Origin: an uncultured Actinomycetota bacterium
GTDB lineage: Bacteria > Actinomycetota > Actinomycetes > CAVWCF01
Direction: 5' to 3'
DNA: 64,000 nt
Assembly (NCBI GenBank): GCA_963753435.1
Contig: CAVWCF010000001.1
Coordinates: 1,568,001 to 1,632,000, forward strand
Under the pieces are notes generated by a model, which made no database searches, was not told the DNA's origin, and saw only the letters and a program-made list of their open reading frames with translations. A program made the translations under genes and the position numbers. Shown in pieces: positions 41,214-52,051 of this stretch (position 1 is its first letter; each line of letters begins with the position of its first letter).

Positions 41214-41710
41214 CCCCGGCAGTAGACCCTGACGGCGTTGCCGCGGTCGTCGAGCAAGCGCTGAGCGACCTGGGGATGCAGTTCGAGTCGACGAGCCCAC
41301 GACAGTTCCTGGTGCATCTGCCCGGGGACAACCGTTTGGACACTGCCACCTGGTTTGCGGTCACCGACCACGCCTTGGTGATCGAGGCGTTCTTCATGCG
41401 CCAGCCGGACGTCAACCATGCGCAGTTGTACCGCTTCCTGCTGGAGCGCAACGCCCGCATGTACGGCGTCCACTTCGCCGCCGACGAAGTCGGCGACATC
41501 TATCTGATCGGCCGGATACCGCTCAATGCCGTCGACGCCGCCGAGATCGACCGGCTGCTCGGCTGCGTGCTCAGCTACTCCGACGAGACCTTCAACCCTG
41601 CTGTGGAGATCGGCTTCGCTGACGCTATTCGACGCGAGCACGCCTGGCGCGTGCGCCGCGGGCTGCCGGTCGACAACCTGCGCCGGTTCGCCCACCTGAT
41701 CGAGGACTGA
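41210..41710 (+). CDS. YbjN domain protein
   Basis: [19 protein letters not shown]; usual position between mshA and gpmA. Confidence 0.85.
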   Translation: MTPAVDPDGVAAVVEQALSDLGMQFESTSPRQFLVHLPGDNRLDTATWFAVTDHALVIEAFFMRQPDVNHAQLYRFLLERNARMYGVHFAADEVGDIYLIGRIPLNAVDAAEIDRLLGCVLSYSDETFNPAVEIGFADAIRREHAWRVRRGLPVDNLRRFAHLIED

Positions 41711-41733
41711 TCGGCCGCACTAATCTCGCGGCC

Positions 41734-42483
41734 ATGACTACCGGCCCACTGATCCTGCTGCGTCACGGTCAGAGCGAGTGGAACGCCAAGAACCTGTTCA
41801 CCGGCTGGGTGGACGTGGACCTGTCCGAAACCGGCGAGGCCGAGGCGGTGCGCGGGGGGCAGTTGCTGGCCGAAGCCGGGCTCCTGCCGGACATGCTGCA
41901 CACCTCCCTGCTCAAGCGCGCCATCCGCACCGCGGAGTTGGCGCTGCACGCCTGCGACCGCCAGTGGATCCCCGTCATCCGCAACTGGCGGCTGAACGAG
42001 CGCCACTACGGGGCCCTGCAGGGCAAGGACAAGAAGGCGACGCTGGCGGAGTTCGGCGAGGAGCAGTTCATGATGTGGCGTCGTTCGTACGCCACCCCGC
42101 CACCGCCCATCGCGGCCGACGACCCGTACTCGCAGGCCGATGACCCCCGCTACGCCTTCTTGCCGACCGACGCACGTCCAGCCACCGAGTGCCTAGCGGA
42201 CGTGCTGCAACGCCTCGTTCCCTACTTCGAGGACGTCATCGCTCCGGACCTACGGGCCGGCAAGGTCACGCTGGTCACCGCGCACGGCAACTCACTGCGG
42301 GCGCTGGTGAAGCACCTGGACGGTTTGAGTGAGGACGAGGTGGTCGGGCTGAACATCCCGACCGGGATCCCGTTGGTCTATCGGCTCGACGAGGACCTGC
42401 GGCCCACGCGCAAGGGCGGGGAGTACCTGGATGCCGCGGCCGCTGCGGCCGCCATCGAAGCGGTGGCGAACCAGGGTCGCTAG
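41734..42483 (+). CDS. gpmA: 2,3-BPG-dependent phosphoglycerate mutase
   Basis: [20 protein letters not shown] and AHGNSLRAL. Confidence 0.96.
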   Translation: MTTGPLILLRHGQSEWNAKNLFTGWVDVDLSETGEAEAVRGGQLLAEAGLLPDMLHTSLLKRAIRTAELALHACDRQWIPVIRNWRLNERHYGALQGKDKKATLAEFGEEQFMMWRRSYATPPPPIAADDPYSQADDPRYAFLPTDARPATECLADVLQRLVPYFEDVIAPDLRAGKVTLVTAHGNSLRALVKHLDGLSEDEVVGLNIPTGIPLVYRLDEDLRPTRKGGEYLDAAAAAAAIEAVANQGR

Positions 42484-42514
42484 GGGCCCAACCAACCGGG
42501 GTCGGTAGTCGCGG

Positions 42515-42655
42515 CTACTGCGGGGGCAGGATCGAGGACCCGTTGATCGTCCGGTCCACCGTGTCCCACATGCGCTTCACGCGGATGCGGTGAATCGCGT
42601 AGGCGCCGACAGCGACGACCAGCAAGGCGCCAATGATGATCAGGGCAGTGGTCAT
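42515..42655 (-). CDS. Small single-pass membrane protein (46 aa)
   Basis: MTTALIIIGALLVVAVGAYAIHRIRVKR..., GGAGG RBS. Below the ORF-track length cutoff. Confidence 0.55.
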   Translation of the reverse strand: MTTALIIIGALLVVAVGAYAIHRIRVKRMWDTVDRTINGSSILPPQ

Positions 42656-42759
42656 GCGGGTGCCTCCACGTGGTTGTGAGGGTCAACCGTAACCGCTGGC
42701 GGATCTGGGCGCCCAGCGCACTTTGCCCGGTTGTGTTCCGAATCCACCGCTGGTGCGGG

Positions 42760-43416
42760 TCAGACCACCTCGTGCACGCTGCGCTCGCCGGTGATCAGGA
42801 AGACCATCCGCTGCGACAGCGACTCGGCGTGGTCGGCGAAGCGCTCGTAGAAGCGGCTGAGCAGGGTCACGTTGACCGCCGTGTCCACCCCGTGACCCCA
42901 GTCCGAGGACAGCAGCGTTGTGAACATCTGCTTGTGCAGCTCGTCCATGCGGTCGTCGTCCTCGCGGATCTCCAGCACCAGGCCGAGCGAGCGGGTCTCC
43001 ACTACCTGCGCGACCTTGCCGACCATGCCTGTTGCCAGCGCTCCCATCGATCCGAACACCCCGGCCAGGTCGTCGGGGATGGCCGGCTCCGGGTAGGCGC
43101 GTCGAGCCGTCATGGCGATGTGCGAGGCCAGGTCGCCCATCCGCTCCAGGGTTTGCGACATCCGCAGTGCGGCCACGCACAGCCGTAGGTCGCTGGCCAC
43201 CGGCGCCTGCAGCGCCATGATGTCCAGGGCCTTTTCCTCCACCTTCTCGTGGAGGTCGTCCATGTCGGTGTCCAGGGCGATTACGGATTCGGCCATCTGG
43301 CGGTCGGCGCGCAGCAGCGACTCCGTGGCCTTCTCGATCATCTCCCCAGCGAGCCGGGACATGCGGACGAGGTCATCGGTGACCTCGGCCAGTGCTTCGA
43401 CGTAGTTCTCGCGCAT
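42760..43416 (-). CDS. phoU: Phosphate signalling protein PhoU
   Basis: QAPVASDLR, LERMGDLA and YERFADHA. Confidence 0.95.
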   Translation of the reverse strand: MRENYVEALAEVTDDLVRMSRLAGEMIEKATESLLRADRQMAESVIALDTDMDDLHEKVEEKALDIMALQAPVASDLRLCVAALRMSQTLERMGDLASHIAMTARRAYPEPAIPDDLAGVFGSMGALATGMVGKVAQVVETRSLGLVLEIREDDDRMDELHKQMFTTLLSSDWGHGVDTAVNVTLLSRFYERFADHAESLSQRMVFLITGERSVHEVV

Positions 43417-43479
43417 CCGATTGCCTCCTGAGCAGCGGGGCCAGCCTAGGCGCCCGGACGTGGAATGAGCGGCCGATGG

Positions 43480-43518
43480 GCGAACGTGAGGCGACGAACA
43501 GGTGAACGCTGGGTGACC
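43480..43518 (-). promoter_or_regulatory. PHO box-like 11-nt repeats in the phoU-senX3 intergenic region
   Basis: gcgaac/gcgacg/gtgaac/gtgacc at 43480, 43491, 43502 and 43513 (11-nt period). Confidence 0.55.
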
Positions 43519-43580
43519 ACTGCCCCCATCCGATGCCGAGCGGCCGATGAACCACGGGTGCCCGCCTAGCATTCACATCC

Positions 43581-44675
43581 ATGGGCGGGCATCCGGTCGA
43601 GAGCCGGGCTGACACGGCCGCCGTCGCAATCGACGGTGCTGCGGTGCTGGCTGCGCTGCCTGTGCCGTGGTTGGTCCTCGACCGCGACACGGTCACGCAC
43701 GTGAACGCTGCAGCGGTCGCGCTGGGGATAGTCCGCGACGGCGCGGTTCGACACGCACCCTTGTCCCGCGCGGCCCGCGCGGCCAGGCGCAGCGGCCAGG
43801 CAGTGGAAATCCCGCTGGAGGGTTCGAGTCGGACGCCGCTACCGGAGCACCTGTCGGCCCGTTGCGCGCCGCTTGGCCAGGATCTGGTGCTGGTACTGGT
43901 GTCGGATCGCTCCGAAGCGCATCGCGTCGACGATGTGCGCCGCGACTTCGTGGCCAACGTCAGCCACGAGTTGAAGACCCCGGTCGGTGCGCTGTCCCTA
44001 TTGGCGGAGGCGGTGACGGACGCCGCCGACGACCCCGAAGCAGTGCAGCGTTTCGCGAACCGAATGCAGACCGAAGCAAGTCGCCTGGCGCAATTGGTCA
44101 ACGAGTTGATCGACCTCTCGCGGCTGCAGGGCGACGACGCCTTGACTCATGCCCAGCCAGTTGCCGCTCGGGACGTTATCGCCGATGCCGTCGACCAGTG
44201 CCGGCTAACCGCGGCCGCTCGCGACATCGAGATCCTGAGCACCGGACAGACCGACGTGCGCCTCTTCGGTGATCGCGAACAGATGGTCATGGCGGTCCGC
44301 AACCTCGTGGACAACGCCGTCAAGTACTCCCCGGCCCGCACACGGGTCACGGTCTCGGTTCGGCGCGGCGGAGATCGAGCCGAAGTGTCTGTGACGGACC
44401 AGGGCATCGGTATCCCGGCCAAAGACACCCAGCGCATCTTCGAGCGGTTCTACCGGGTGGACCCGGCCAGATCCCGAGAGACCGGCGGGACGGGCCTGGG
44501 CTTGTCCATCGTCAAGCACATAGCCGCCAATCACGGCGGTGACGTCAAGGTGTGGAGCGTCGAAGGCGCCGGCTCCACGTTCACGGTCGGGCTGCCGATC
44601 GCCGACCCGATTTTCGGGAGTTGGCCCGGACCGGAGCCGACTAGTTCCGAACCGAACAGCGGAGCCGCTTCGTGA
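43581..44675 (+). CDS. senX3: Sensor histidine kinase SenX3/PhoR
   Basis: FVANVSHELKTP, NLVDNAVKYS and FYRVDPARSR.TGGTGLGL. Confidence 0.92.
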   Translation: MGGHPVESRADTAAVAIDGAAVLAALPVPWLVLDRDTVTHVNAAAVALGIVRDGAVRHAPLSRAARAARRSGQAVEIPLEGSSRTPLPEHLSARCAPLGQDLVLVLVSDRSEAHRVDDVRRDFVANVSHELKTPVGALSLLAEAVTDAADDPEAVQRFANRMQTEASRLAQLVNELIDLSRLQGDDALTHAQPVAARDVIADAVDQCRLTAAARDIEILSTGQTDVRLFGDREQMVMAVRNLVDNAVKYSPARTRVTVSVRRGGDRAEVSVTDQGIGIPAKDTQRIFERFYRVDPARSRETGGTGLGLSIVKHIAANHGGDVKVWSVEGAGSTFTVGLPIADPIFGSWPGPEPTSSEPNSGAAS

Positions 44676-45355
44676 CCAGAGTGCTGGTGGTGGAGGACGA
44701 GGAGTCGTTCTCGGACGCGCTGTCCTACATGCTCCGCCGTGAAGGCTTCGAGGTCGCCATCGCCGCCACCGGCGACGATGCCATCGCGCAGTTCGACCGC
44801 GGTGGCGCCGACCTGGTGCTGCTGGACCTGATGCTGCCGGGCATCCCGGGGACGGAGGTCTGCCGGGCACTGCGCCAGCGCTCGAACGTCCCGGTGATCA
44901 TGCTCACGGCCAAGGACAGCGAGGTCGACAAGGTCGTGGGGTTGGAGCTGGGCGCTGACGACTACGTCACGAAGCCGTTCAGTTCCCGTGAGCTGGTTGC
45001 CCGCATCCGTGCGGTGCTGCGCCGCGGCGGCGACACCGAGGAACTCTTGCCCGGCACGATCGAAGCGGGACCGGTGCGCATGGACGTCGAACGACATGTC
45101 GTCACCGTTCGCGGCAATGAGGTCGCCATGCCGTTGAAGGAGTTCGACCTGCTGGAGATGCTGGTGCGCAACTCCGGTCGGGTGTTGACCCGCATGCAGA
45201 TCATCGACCGGGTCTGGGGTTCGGACTACGTCGGCGACACCAAGACGCTGGACGTGCACATCAAGCGGCTACGGGCGAAGTTGGAGACCGACCCCGCCCG
45301 GCCGGAGATGATCGTCACGGTGCGTGGGCTGGGCTACAAGTTCGAGGTCAACTAG
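44672..45355 (+). CDS. regX3: Response regulator RegX3/PhoP
   Basis: VEDEESFSDAL, LLDLMLPG and WGSDYVGDTKTLDVH. Confidence 0.94.
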   Translation: MTRVLVVEDEESFSDALSYMLRREGFEVAIAATGDDAIAQFDRGGADLVLLDLMLPGIPGTEVCRALRQRSNVPVIMLTAKDSEVDKVVGLELGADDYVTKPFSSRELVARIRAVLRRGGDTEELLPGTIEAGPVRMDVERHVVTVRGNEVAMPLKEFDLLEMLVRNSGRVLTRMQIIDRVWGSDYVGDTKTLDVHIKRLRAKLETDPARPEMIVTVRGLGYKFEVN

Positions 45356-45369
45356 CCCGGATCGGCAGA

Positions 45370-45897
45370 TCAGGGCGTCTCGACCTCCGCCAACGCCTCT
45401 TCGAGTTCGGGGTAGTACGCAACCGGCACCACGGGCACCTCGACCTCGATCAAACCGGCCGTCTCGAACGAGAACGCCACGTCCGCGAAGGCACCGACGG
45501 GCACCTGCATGCCCGCAACCGTCAGCTGGTCCGCACCGTCGACTCCGCCCAGAACTGCTACGCCGCCGGGCTGGATTTCCAGCGGCGTTCCCGAAACCGG
45601 CCCGGAGCGGTCCACAGCGATGGCCTCCAGCACGTCGCCCTGGGCCTTGGCCTCCGGGTCCTCGACGTTGCTCGGCCCGGTGTCGATGACGTTGCCGACC
45701 AGCAGGGCGGGACCGCCGGTCTCCGCACCGGCGATCAGCGCGAGGCCGCGCAGGTCCAGGTCGCCGACGGTCGCGTTGACCGCGTTGGCCGGCGTGTACG
45801 GCTGCGATGTTTGCGCGTCGACGCCGGTCCAGCACCCGGCGAGTCCCAGCGACGACACCGCCACGATCAGGGCGAGGTGACGGGTTGTACGGGGCAC
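45370..45897 (-). CDS. LpqE-like lipoprotein
   Basis: Lipobox LAGC, G..AQT, C-terminal FSFETAG..EVPV. Confidence 0.7.
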   Translation of the reverse strand: MPRTTRHLALIVAVSSLGLAGCWTGVDAQTSQPYTPANAVNATVGDLDLRGLALIAGAETGGPALLVGNVIDTGPSNVEDPEAKAQGDVLEAIAVDRSGPVSGTPLEIQPGGVAVLGGVDGADQLTVAGMQVPVGAFADVAFSFETAGLIEVEVPVVPVAYYPELEEALAEVETP

Positions 45898-45977
45898 GGC
45901 AGTCCTCCTAGCGGTCGGCCGCAGGGTACCGGGGCGCAGGCGCCGGCCGGGGTCAAGGCCGGGAAGTGCCCAGGAGT

Positions 45978-46658
45978 TCAGGCCCGCGCGCCCGGCTCGG
46001 CCAACACCGCCAGGGCGGATTCGAGTCGCGAGTCCGGCCGGACGTCGGGAACGACGGAGGCGATGACGCCGTCGGTGTGAACGGCTACGACCGTCAAACC
46101 GGAGGCGGCTACCGCCGAAGCGATTACGTCGTCGGCGTCGACGGCCACCGTCGCGGCGAGCCCGGCGGCGGTCCGGTCCAGTTCCCGCAGTTGCAGCGCA
46201 TCTGCGCCGACCAGGACCGTGGGTAGCCGGAACCCTGCCGCTTGAACGTAGATCGCTCGGACAGTTTCGGCGCAGTCGGCACATTCGGCGGGCACGACGA
46301 CCAGAACCGCCGGACGCAAGTCGGTGGCGCGGATCGGCAGGTTGTTTACCTCTACCTCGACGGCGGGCAGCAGGCCGCCGACCTGCCCCGGCTGCACAGC
46401 CGGCTGGGCCAACTCAGTCGGTGCCGGTCCGATCGCCGGTCGCGGCCCGAGTAGCAGCAACAGCGCCCCGAAGCCGGCGACCACGGCGAGCACCGTCGTA
46501 ACCAGCGGACCGGACAAGCCGTAGCGGACCCAGCGGCGAGTGCGCATCCACCCCGGCATCCAGCCGGACGACTGCTCGCGCAAATACGCCAATCGATCCG
46601 GATCGAGTTCGCGAGCATCGTCGGGTATCCGCGACGATGGGTCTCCAGGCGAGGTCAC
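45978..46658 (-). CDS. Membrane-anchored protein with CxxC (thioredoxin-like fold?)
   Basis: TM segment, then [15 protein letters not shown]. Confidence 0.55.
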   Translation of the reverse strand: MTSPGDPSSRIPDDARELDPDRLAYLREQSSGWMPGWMRTRRWVRYGLSGPLVTTVLAVVAGFGALLLLLGPRPAIGPAPTELAQPAVQPGQVGGLLPAVEVEVNNLPIRATDLRPAVLVVVPAECADCAETVRAIYVQAAGFRLPTVLVGADALQLRELDRTAAGLAATVAVDADDVIASAVAASGLTVVAVHTDGVIASVVPDVRPDSRLESALAVLAEPGARA

Positions 46659-46784
46659 AACACGAGTCTGCGTCAGATGTCAACCCCTTCGCATCCCGGG
46701 CAACCGGTCGCTGACCAGCACAAACGGCCGATTCCTCGACTTTGGCGCGTGTTACCCTTATCGCTCAGGAAGGGGCTCAACTTC

Positions 46785-47267
46785 ATGGTTTTCAAGGTCG
46801 GTGAGACAGTCGTCTACCCCCACCACGGTGCGGCAAAAATCGAGGCCATCGAAACGCGAGTGATCAAGGGCGAGGAGCGGCAGTACCTGGTCCTTAAGGT
46901 GCAGCAAGGCGATCTCACCGTCCGGGTCCCTGCGGATAACGCCGAGTACGTCGGTGTCCGCGATGTGGTCGGCGCTGAGGGCCTGGAGCGCGTCTTCGAC
47001 GTGCTGCGCCAGCCCTACACCGAGGAGCCCACCAACTGGTCGCGCCGCTACAAGGCGAACCTTGAGAAGATCGCCAGTGGCGACGTGATCAAGGTTGCCG
47101 AAGTTGTCCGTGACCTGTGGCGTCGCGAGCGCGAGCGTGGCCTGTCCGCCGGCGAGAAGCGCATGCTGGCCAAGGCCCGGCAGATCCTGGTTTCGGAGTT
47201 GGCGTTGGCTGAGAAGACCAACGAGGACAAGGCCGAGGCCATGCTGGACGAGGTCCTCGCCTCCTGA
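46785..47267 (+). CDS. carD: CarD transcription factor
   Basis: [14 protein letters not shown] and NWSRRYKAN. Confidence 0.96.
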   Translation: MVFKVGETVVYPHHGAAKIEAIETRVIKGEERQYLVLKVQQGDLTVRVPADNAEYVGVRDVVGAEGLERVFDVLRQPYTEEPTNWSRRYKANLEKIASGDVIKVAEVVRDLWRRERERGLSAGEKRMLAKARQILVSELALAEKTNEDKAEAMLDEVLAS

Positions 47268-47274
47268 AGCCGTT

Positions 47275-47979
47275 GTGACCGTCGGTGCGGTCGTCCCCGC
47301 GGCGGGACGCGGGGAGCGGCTAGGCCCTGGGGAACCGAAGGCACTGCGCGAAATCGGCGGCGCCCCACTGCTCGTCCTGGCGGTTGGGGCACTCCTGTCC
47401 TCCTCGACGGTTCGTCACGTGGTGGTCGCCGCACCCCCCGATTCCGTGGCTCAGACGCGGGCCCTGCTAGCACCCTTGCTCGGCGGCCGAGGCGCAGATG
47501 TGGATGTGGTCCCCGGTGGTGCGACCCGAACTCAGTCGGTCGCGCTGGCATTGGATGCGCTCCCGCAGGACGTGGACATCGTTCTGGTTCACGACGCGGC
47601 CCGTCCGTTGGTTCCGGTGTCGGTGATCGACCGCGTGGTGGCCGCGGTTCGGTCTGGTGCCGAGGCCGTGGTTCCAGCGGTGCCGATCCCGGACACGGTC
47701 CGGCAGGTCGACCTCACCGGACGGGTGGAGGCCACCCTGGATCGGGATTCGTTGCGGGCGGTGCAGACACCACAGGGATTCACGCGGGCGACGCTGGCCA
47801 AGGCGTACGCCGATGACCCGGAGCCGAGCAGCGATGACGCCGGGTTGGTGGAGCGCCTTGGCGTGCCGGTGGTTGTGGTGCCCGGTCATGAGGAAGCCTT
47901 CAAGGTGACACGTCCGCTGGACCTGCAGTTGGCGGAAACAGTGATCGCCCGCCGCCGCGCCCGCGGGGAGCACTTGTGA
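47275..47979 (+). CDS. ispD: MEP cytidylyltransferase
   Basis: [27 protein letters not shown] and KVTRPLD. Confidence 0.95.
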   Translation: MTVGAVVPAAGRGERLGPGEPKALREIGGAPLLVLAVGALLSSSTVRHVVVAAPPDSVAQTRALLAPLLGGRGADVDVVPGGATRTQSVALALDALPQDVDIVLVHDAARPLVPVSVIDRVVAAVRSGAEAVVPAVPIPDTVRQVDLTGRVEATLDRDSLRAVQTPQGFTRATLAKAYADDPEPSSDDAGLVERLGVPVVVVPGHEEAFKVTRPLDLQLAETVIARRRARGEHL

Positions 47980-48449
47980 CTCCTCGAGTTGGCATCGGTG
48001 TGGACGTGCACCGGCTGGTACCGGGGCGCCAGATGCGCATCGCCACGCTCGACTGGCCCGGGTACGACGTGGGTCCGGACGGGCACTCCGACGCTGACGT
48101 AGCCGCGCACGCGATCTGTGACGCCCTCCTGTCGGCGGCTGGTCTCGGTGACCTGGGGTCGGTATTCGGCGTCGACGACCCGAAGTGGGCGGCCGCTCCG
48201 GGGGCACAGTTGCTCGCCGAGGTCGGCCGCTTGGTGGGCGCTGCTGGATTCACCGTCGGCAACGTGGCAGTGCAATTGATCGGAAACGTGCCCAAGCTGG
48301 CACCGCGGCGGGCCGAAGCTGAAGCGGCCCTGGCGGCCATAGTCGGCGGGCCGGTCTCGGTGTCGGCCACCACCACGGACGGACTCGGCCTTACCGGCCG
48401 CGGTGAGGGAATCGCAGCTGTTGCCACCGCGTTGCTGCTGGGTGACTGA
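47976..48449 (+). CDS. ispF: MECDP synthase
   Basis: GIGVDVH, GHSDADV and [15 protein letters not shown]. Confidence 0.95.
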   Translation: MTPRVGIGVDVHRLVPGRQMRIATLDWPGYDVGPDGHSDADVAAHAICDALLSAAGLGDLGSVFGVDDPKWAAAPGAQLLAEVGRLVGAAGFTVGNVAVQLIGNVPKLAPRRAEAEAALAAIVGGPVSVSATTTDGLGLTGRGEGIAAVATALLLGD

Positions 48450-48494
48450 CCGCCAAGCGCGTTTCGTGACTGAAACGGCGCCATCAACCTGGAG

Positions 48495-48899
48495 ATGGAC
48501 CCAGTGACCGAGTTGCCGCCACTTGCCCGTGACCTCCTGGACGCACCGGAGTTCGCGACCGTCGCCACCCTCGAGCCCGACGGGCGTCCGCAGTTGAGTG
48601 TGGTTTGGGCCACTCGGGACGGTGACGACGTCCTCTTCTCCACGGTGATGGGTCGACGCAAGCACACGAATCTGACGCGCGACCCCCGAGCGACCTTGCT
48701 GATCTACCCGGCGGACCGCCCGTATCAGTACGTGGAGGTGCGCGGCAGCGTCACGATGACCACTGACGGGGGCCGCGAACTCATCGACGCGCTCGCTCGG
48801 CAGTACCGCGGCTGGGAGCGATACCCCGCTGACGACGGCACCGACAACGTGCGGGTCGTGGTTCGGATCACCCCGGAACGCGTAGTGGTGCGCGGCTGA
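48495..48899 (+). CDS. PPOX class F420-dependent oxidoreductase
   Basis: [15 protein letters not shown] and KHTNL.RDPR. Confidence 0.88.
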   Translation: MDPVTELPPLARDLLDAPEFATVATLEPDGRPQLSVVWATRDGDDVLFSTVMGRRKHTNLTRDPRATLLIYPADRPYQYVEVRGSVTMTTDGGRELIDALARQYRGWERYPADDGTDNVRVVVRITPERVVVRG

Positions 48900-48916
48900 C
48901 CCGTAGCCTGCGCTCC

Positions 48917-50329
48917 GTGGCCCTGAAGCTCTACGACACCGGCACCAGGCAGGTGCGCGACTTCGTGCCGCTGCAGGAGGGTCGGGTCGGCATCTACCTG
49001 TGCGGTGCGACCGTTCAGGCGCCGCCGCACGTCGGGCACATCCGATCGGGGCTCGCCTTCGACGTGTTGCGGCGGTGGCTGGAGACCAGCGGGTACGACG
49101 TGACCTTCGTGCGCAACGTCACCGACATCGACGACAAGATCCTGCACAACGCCGGACATGAGGGCATCCCCTACTGGGCCTTGGCGATGCGCAACGAACG
49201 CGCATTCACCTGGGCCTACGACGTGCTGGGCTGCCTGCCGCCGACCTACGAGCCGCGCGCAACCGGCCACGTGCCGGAGATGATCGAGTTGATGCAGCGG
49301 CTACTGGACGCCGGGCACGCGTACCCGGCCAACGGTGACGTGTACTTCGACATCCGGTCCTTCAAGGCGTACGGGTCCTTGTCGGGGCAGAACCCCGACG
49401 ACATGCTCGCTGCCACCGACTCCGACGCGGCGATCAAGCGCGACCCGCGCGACTTCGCGCTCTGGAAGGGCGCCAGTACCGACGAACCGCACTGGGCGAC
49501 CCCGTGGGGACCGGGCCGGCCCGGGTGGCACCTGGAGTGCTCGGCGATGGCCCGGCGGTACCTGGGGTCCGAGTTCGACATCCACGGCGGCGGCATGGAC
49601 CTGCTGTTCCCGCACCACGAAAACGAAGTGGCGCAATCGGTCGCGGCCGGCGACGGTTTCGCCCGGTACTGGCTGCATAACGCCTGGGTCACCACCGCCG
49701 GGGAGAAGATGAGCAAATCCCTGGGCAACTCGCTGCTGGTCCACGAGGTGGTAAAGCGGGTGCGCCCGATCGAGCTGCGCTACTACCTGGTGGGCGCGCA
49801 CTACCGCAGCCACCTGGAGTACTCCGAGGACGCCTTGACGGAGGCTGCGGTCGGCTTCCGCCGGTTGGAGGGGTTCCTGCGCCGGGTCGCGGAGCAGTCC
49901 GGAGTCCCGGAACCGTCGGTGGCGTGCGCGGACTTCGTCGCGGCCATGGACGACGACATCGGGGTCCCCGCCGCCTTGGCGGCCATCCACGAGGTGGTGC
50001 GCGAAGGAAACCGCGCCCACGACGCCGGTGACGACGCCACGGCGCATGGGGCCGCCGCCTCGGTTCGGTCAATGCTGGCCGTGCTGGGGTTGGACCCCTT
50101 CGCCCAACCGTGGGTTGGCGAATCCGACTCGGACGAGGCCGCGCGGCTGCGCACGGCATTGGACGCGTTGGTTCAGGACCGTCTCGCTGAGCGGCAGGAG
50201 GCCCGAGTGGCCAAGGATTTTGAGCGCGCCGATGCCATCCGCGCGGGTTTGGCGGCGGCCGGCGTGGAAGTAGCCGACGCCGCCGGTGGGGCTACGTGGA
50301 CGTTGGGTGGGGCCGGACATGCCCGGTAA
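48917..50329 (+). CDS. cysS: Cysteine--tRNA ligase
   Basis: [24 protein letters not shown] and KMSKS. Confidence 0.97.
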   Translation: MALKLYDTGTRQVRDFVPLQEGRVGIYLCGATVQAPPHVGHIRSGLAFDVLRRWLETSGYDVTFVRNVTDIDDKILHNAGHEGIPYWALAMRNERAFTWAYDVLGCLPPTYEPRATGHVPEMIELMQRLLDAGHAYPANGDVYFDIRSFKAYGSLSGQNPDDMLAATDSDAAIKRDPRDFALWKGASTDEPHWATPWGPGRPGWHLECSAMARRYLGSEFDIHGGGMDLLFPHHENEVAQSVAAGDGFARYWLHNAWVTTAGEKMSKSLGNSLLVHEVVKRVRPIELRYYLVGAHYRSHLEYSEDALTEAAVGFRRLEGFLRRVAEQSGVPEPSVACADFVAAMDDDIGVPAALAAIHEVVREGNRAHDAGDDATAHGAAASVRSMLAVLGLDPFAQPWVGESDSDEAARLRTALDALVQDRLAERQEARVAKDFERADAIRAGLAAAGVEVADAAGGATWTLGGAGHAR

Positions 50330-51254
50330 CTCCCGCCGCCGCGGCGCCATGCGCAAGTCCGGTAGCAAGAAGGGACCCACGACCGGCTCGGGCGGTCAGC
50401 GGCGCAAGGGGCTGCAGGGGCGTGGCCCAACGCCGAAAGCCACGGAACGGACCAGCCACCCGGCCGCGCGGCGGGCGCGGCGGGCAGCCAAGCCCGACGC
50501 GAACCCGCGACCGGCTGCGGACGTCGTCGCGGGACGCAACGCCGTGTACGAAGTGCTGCAGGCGGGTGCGCCGGTAACCGCGGTCTACGTCGCGGTGGGT
50601 GTCGAGATGGACCAGCGGGTCCGCGAGATCGTGAGCATCGCCGGCAAGACCGGCCTGCCCTTGTTGGAGACGCCGCGGGCGGAGTTGGACCGGGTGACCG
50701 GTGGGGCGGTCCACCAAGGGGTCGCGGTCCGGTTGCCCGAGTACGAGTACGCCCACCCCGACGACCTCATCGGTACCGACGCAGTCGACGCGGACCTGAT
50801 CGTCGCTCTGGACGGCGTCAAGGACCCCCGAAACCTTGGCGCGGTCGTGCGATCAGCCGCGGCGTTCGGTGCCAGCGGCGTGGTGGTGCCGACTCGTCGC
50901 GCCGCGCCGGTGACGGCGGTGGCGTGGAAGACCTCGGCCGGCGCCTTGGCTCGAGTTCCGGTGGCCCGGGCGACGAACCTGGCTCGCCAGCTGGCCGAAT
51001 ACCAACAGGCCGGGCTGTTCGTAGCCGGCCTGGCCGCCGACGGTGAGGTCGACCTGGCCGAGTTCGAGCTTTCCACCGAGCCCTTGGTGCTGGTGGTCGG
51101 CAGCGAGGGTGAGGGGATGAGTCGGCTGGTTGCGGAGACATGTGACGTGCGCGTGCGCATCCCGATGGCCGACGCGGCGGAATCGCTGAACGCCGGAGTG
51201 GCGGCGGGCATCGCTCTGCACGCCATCGCGGCCCACCGAGCCGCCCACCGCTGA
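50319..51254 (+). CDS. rlmB: 23S rRNA Gm2251 methyltransferase
   Basis: HQGV, DPRNLGA, GSEGEG and ESLNAGVA. Confidence 0.93.
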   Translation: MPGNSRRRGAMRKSGSKKGPTTGSGGQRRKGLQGRGPTPKATERTSHPAARRARRAAKPDANPRPAADVVAGRNAVYEVLQAGAPVTAVYVAVGVEMDQRVREIVSIAGKTGLPLLETPRAELDRVTGGAVHQGVAVRLPEYEYAHPDDLIGTDAVDADLIVALDGVKDPRNLGAVVRSAAAFGASGVVVPTRRAAPVTAVAWKTSAGALARVPVARATNLARQLAEYQQAGLFVAGLAADGEVDLAEFELSTEPLVLVVGSEGEGMSRLVAETCDVRVRIPMADAAESLNAGVAAGIALHAIAAHRAAHR

Positions 51255-51288
51255 CCCCTTGAATGCGGCTCTCTGGCGAATAGGCCGC
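51255..51288. repeat. Partial copy of the palindromic REP-like element
   Basis: ccccttgaatgcggct...cgaatag matches the reverse complement of the 51963-52019 element. Confidence 0.55.
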
Positions 51289-51301
51289 TGTTCCGCCGGG
51301 G

Positions 51302-51835
51302 TCATCCACGCATCGCGGCAGTGGCCGCGGCGGTTCCCCACTTCTCGGCGCGCTCCAACTCGCCATCGCGCAGCGGTCCGTCCTGCCCCTCGATGTAGAA
51401 GCCTTCCGGTTCTGCGACAAGCGTGAATCCGTGGCGGTGCAACCGCTTCGCGATCCCTTTGGCCGCGCCACCGGCCATGCGCATGTCGGCGCGGGTGTCG
51501 AAAGCGGCCGCGCGGCCGGCCGAGGCCGATAGCGCGTCAAACCAGTCGCGCAGCCCGGGGCCTTCGGCATCAGGGTCCAAGTGATCCTCGTGCCCGGACT
51601 CGCGCGCATCGCGAATAGCGCCGCTACGGGTCATCCCGCGAGACAACCCCCGAACGTGGGTCGGGCCGCCGACGATCAGCAGATCCGTGCCGGCAGTCGC
51701 GTCCGCGGTCGCCTCGGCAACCGGCAACACGGACAACTCCCCCTGGCTGTCGACCGCCGCCACGCCCCGGCCAATCGCGTCCGCCACCTTGTGCGTGTTG
51801 CCGAAAACGCTCTCGTAAACGACGAGGGTCTTCAT
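51302..51835 (-). CDS. Flavodoxin-like protein
   Basis: VVYESVFGNT, VGGPTH, AAAFDTR and GELERA..WG. Confidence 0.88.
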   Translation of the reverse strand: MKTLVVYESVFGNTHKVADAIGRGVAAVDSQGELSVLPVAEATADATAGTDLLIVGGPTHVRGLSRGMTRSGAIRDARESGHEDHLDPDAEGPGLRDWFDALSASAGRAAAFDTRADMRMAGGAAKGIAKRLHRHGFTLVAEPEGFYIEGQDGPLRDGELERAEKWGTAAATAAMRG

Positions 51836-51962
51836 GATCGGCACCTCTCCGGTCAATCCCCGCGGTTTCAGCGTGGTGCCTGTTGCGTTGGAGCGCGAGG
51901 GTCGGTCGTCCCACAATGGGCCGGAGTGGACCTCCTGCAGGTCGACTGGACCTGACCGCTCG

Positions 51963-52019
51963 CCCCCTTGAATGCCGCTTTCCGGCCGTCTATTCGTCGG
52001 AAAGCCGCATTCAAGGGGG
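51963..52019. repeat. Palindromic REP-like element
   Basis: cccccttgaatgccgctttccg...cggaaagccgcattcaaggggg forms a long hairpin. Confidence 0.7.
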
Positions 52020-52051
52020 TTCGAAAGGCTTGGGGGCGGCATGCTTCGGTC

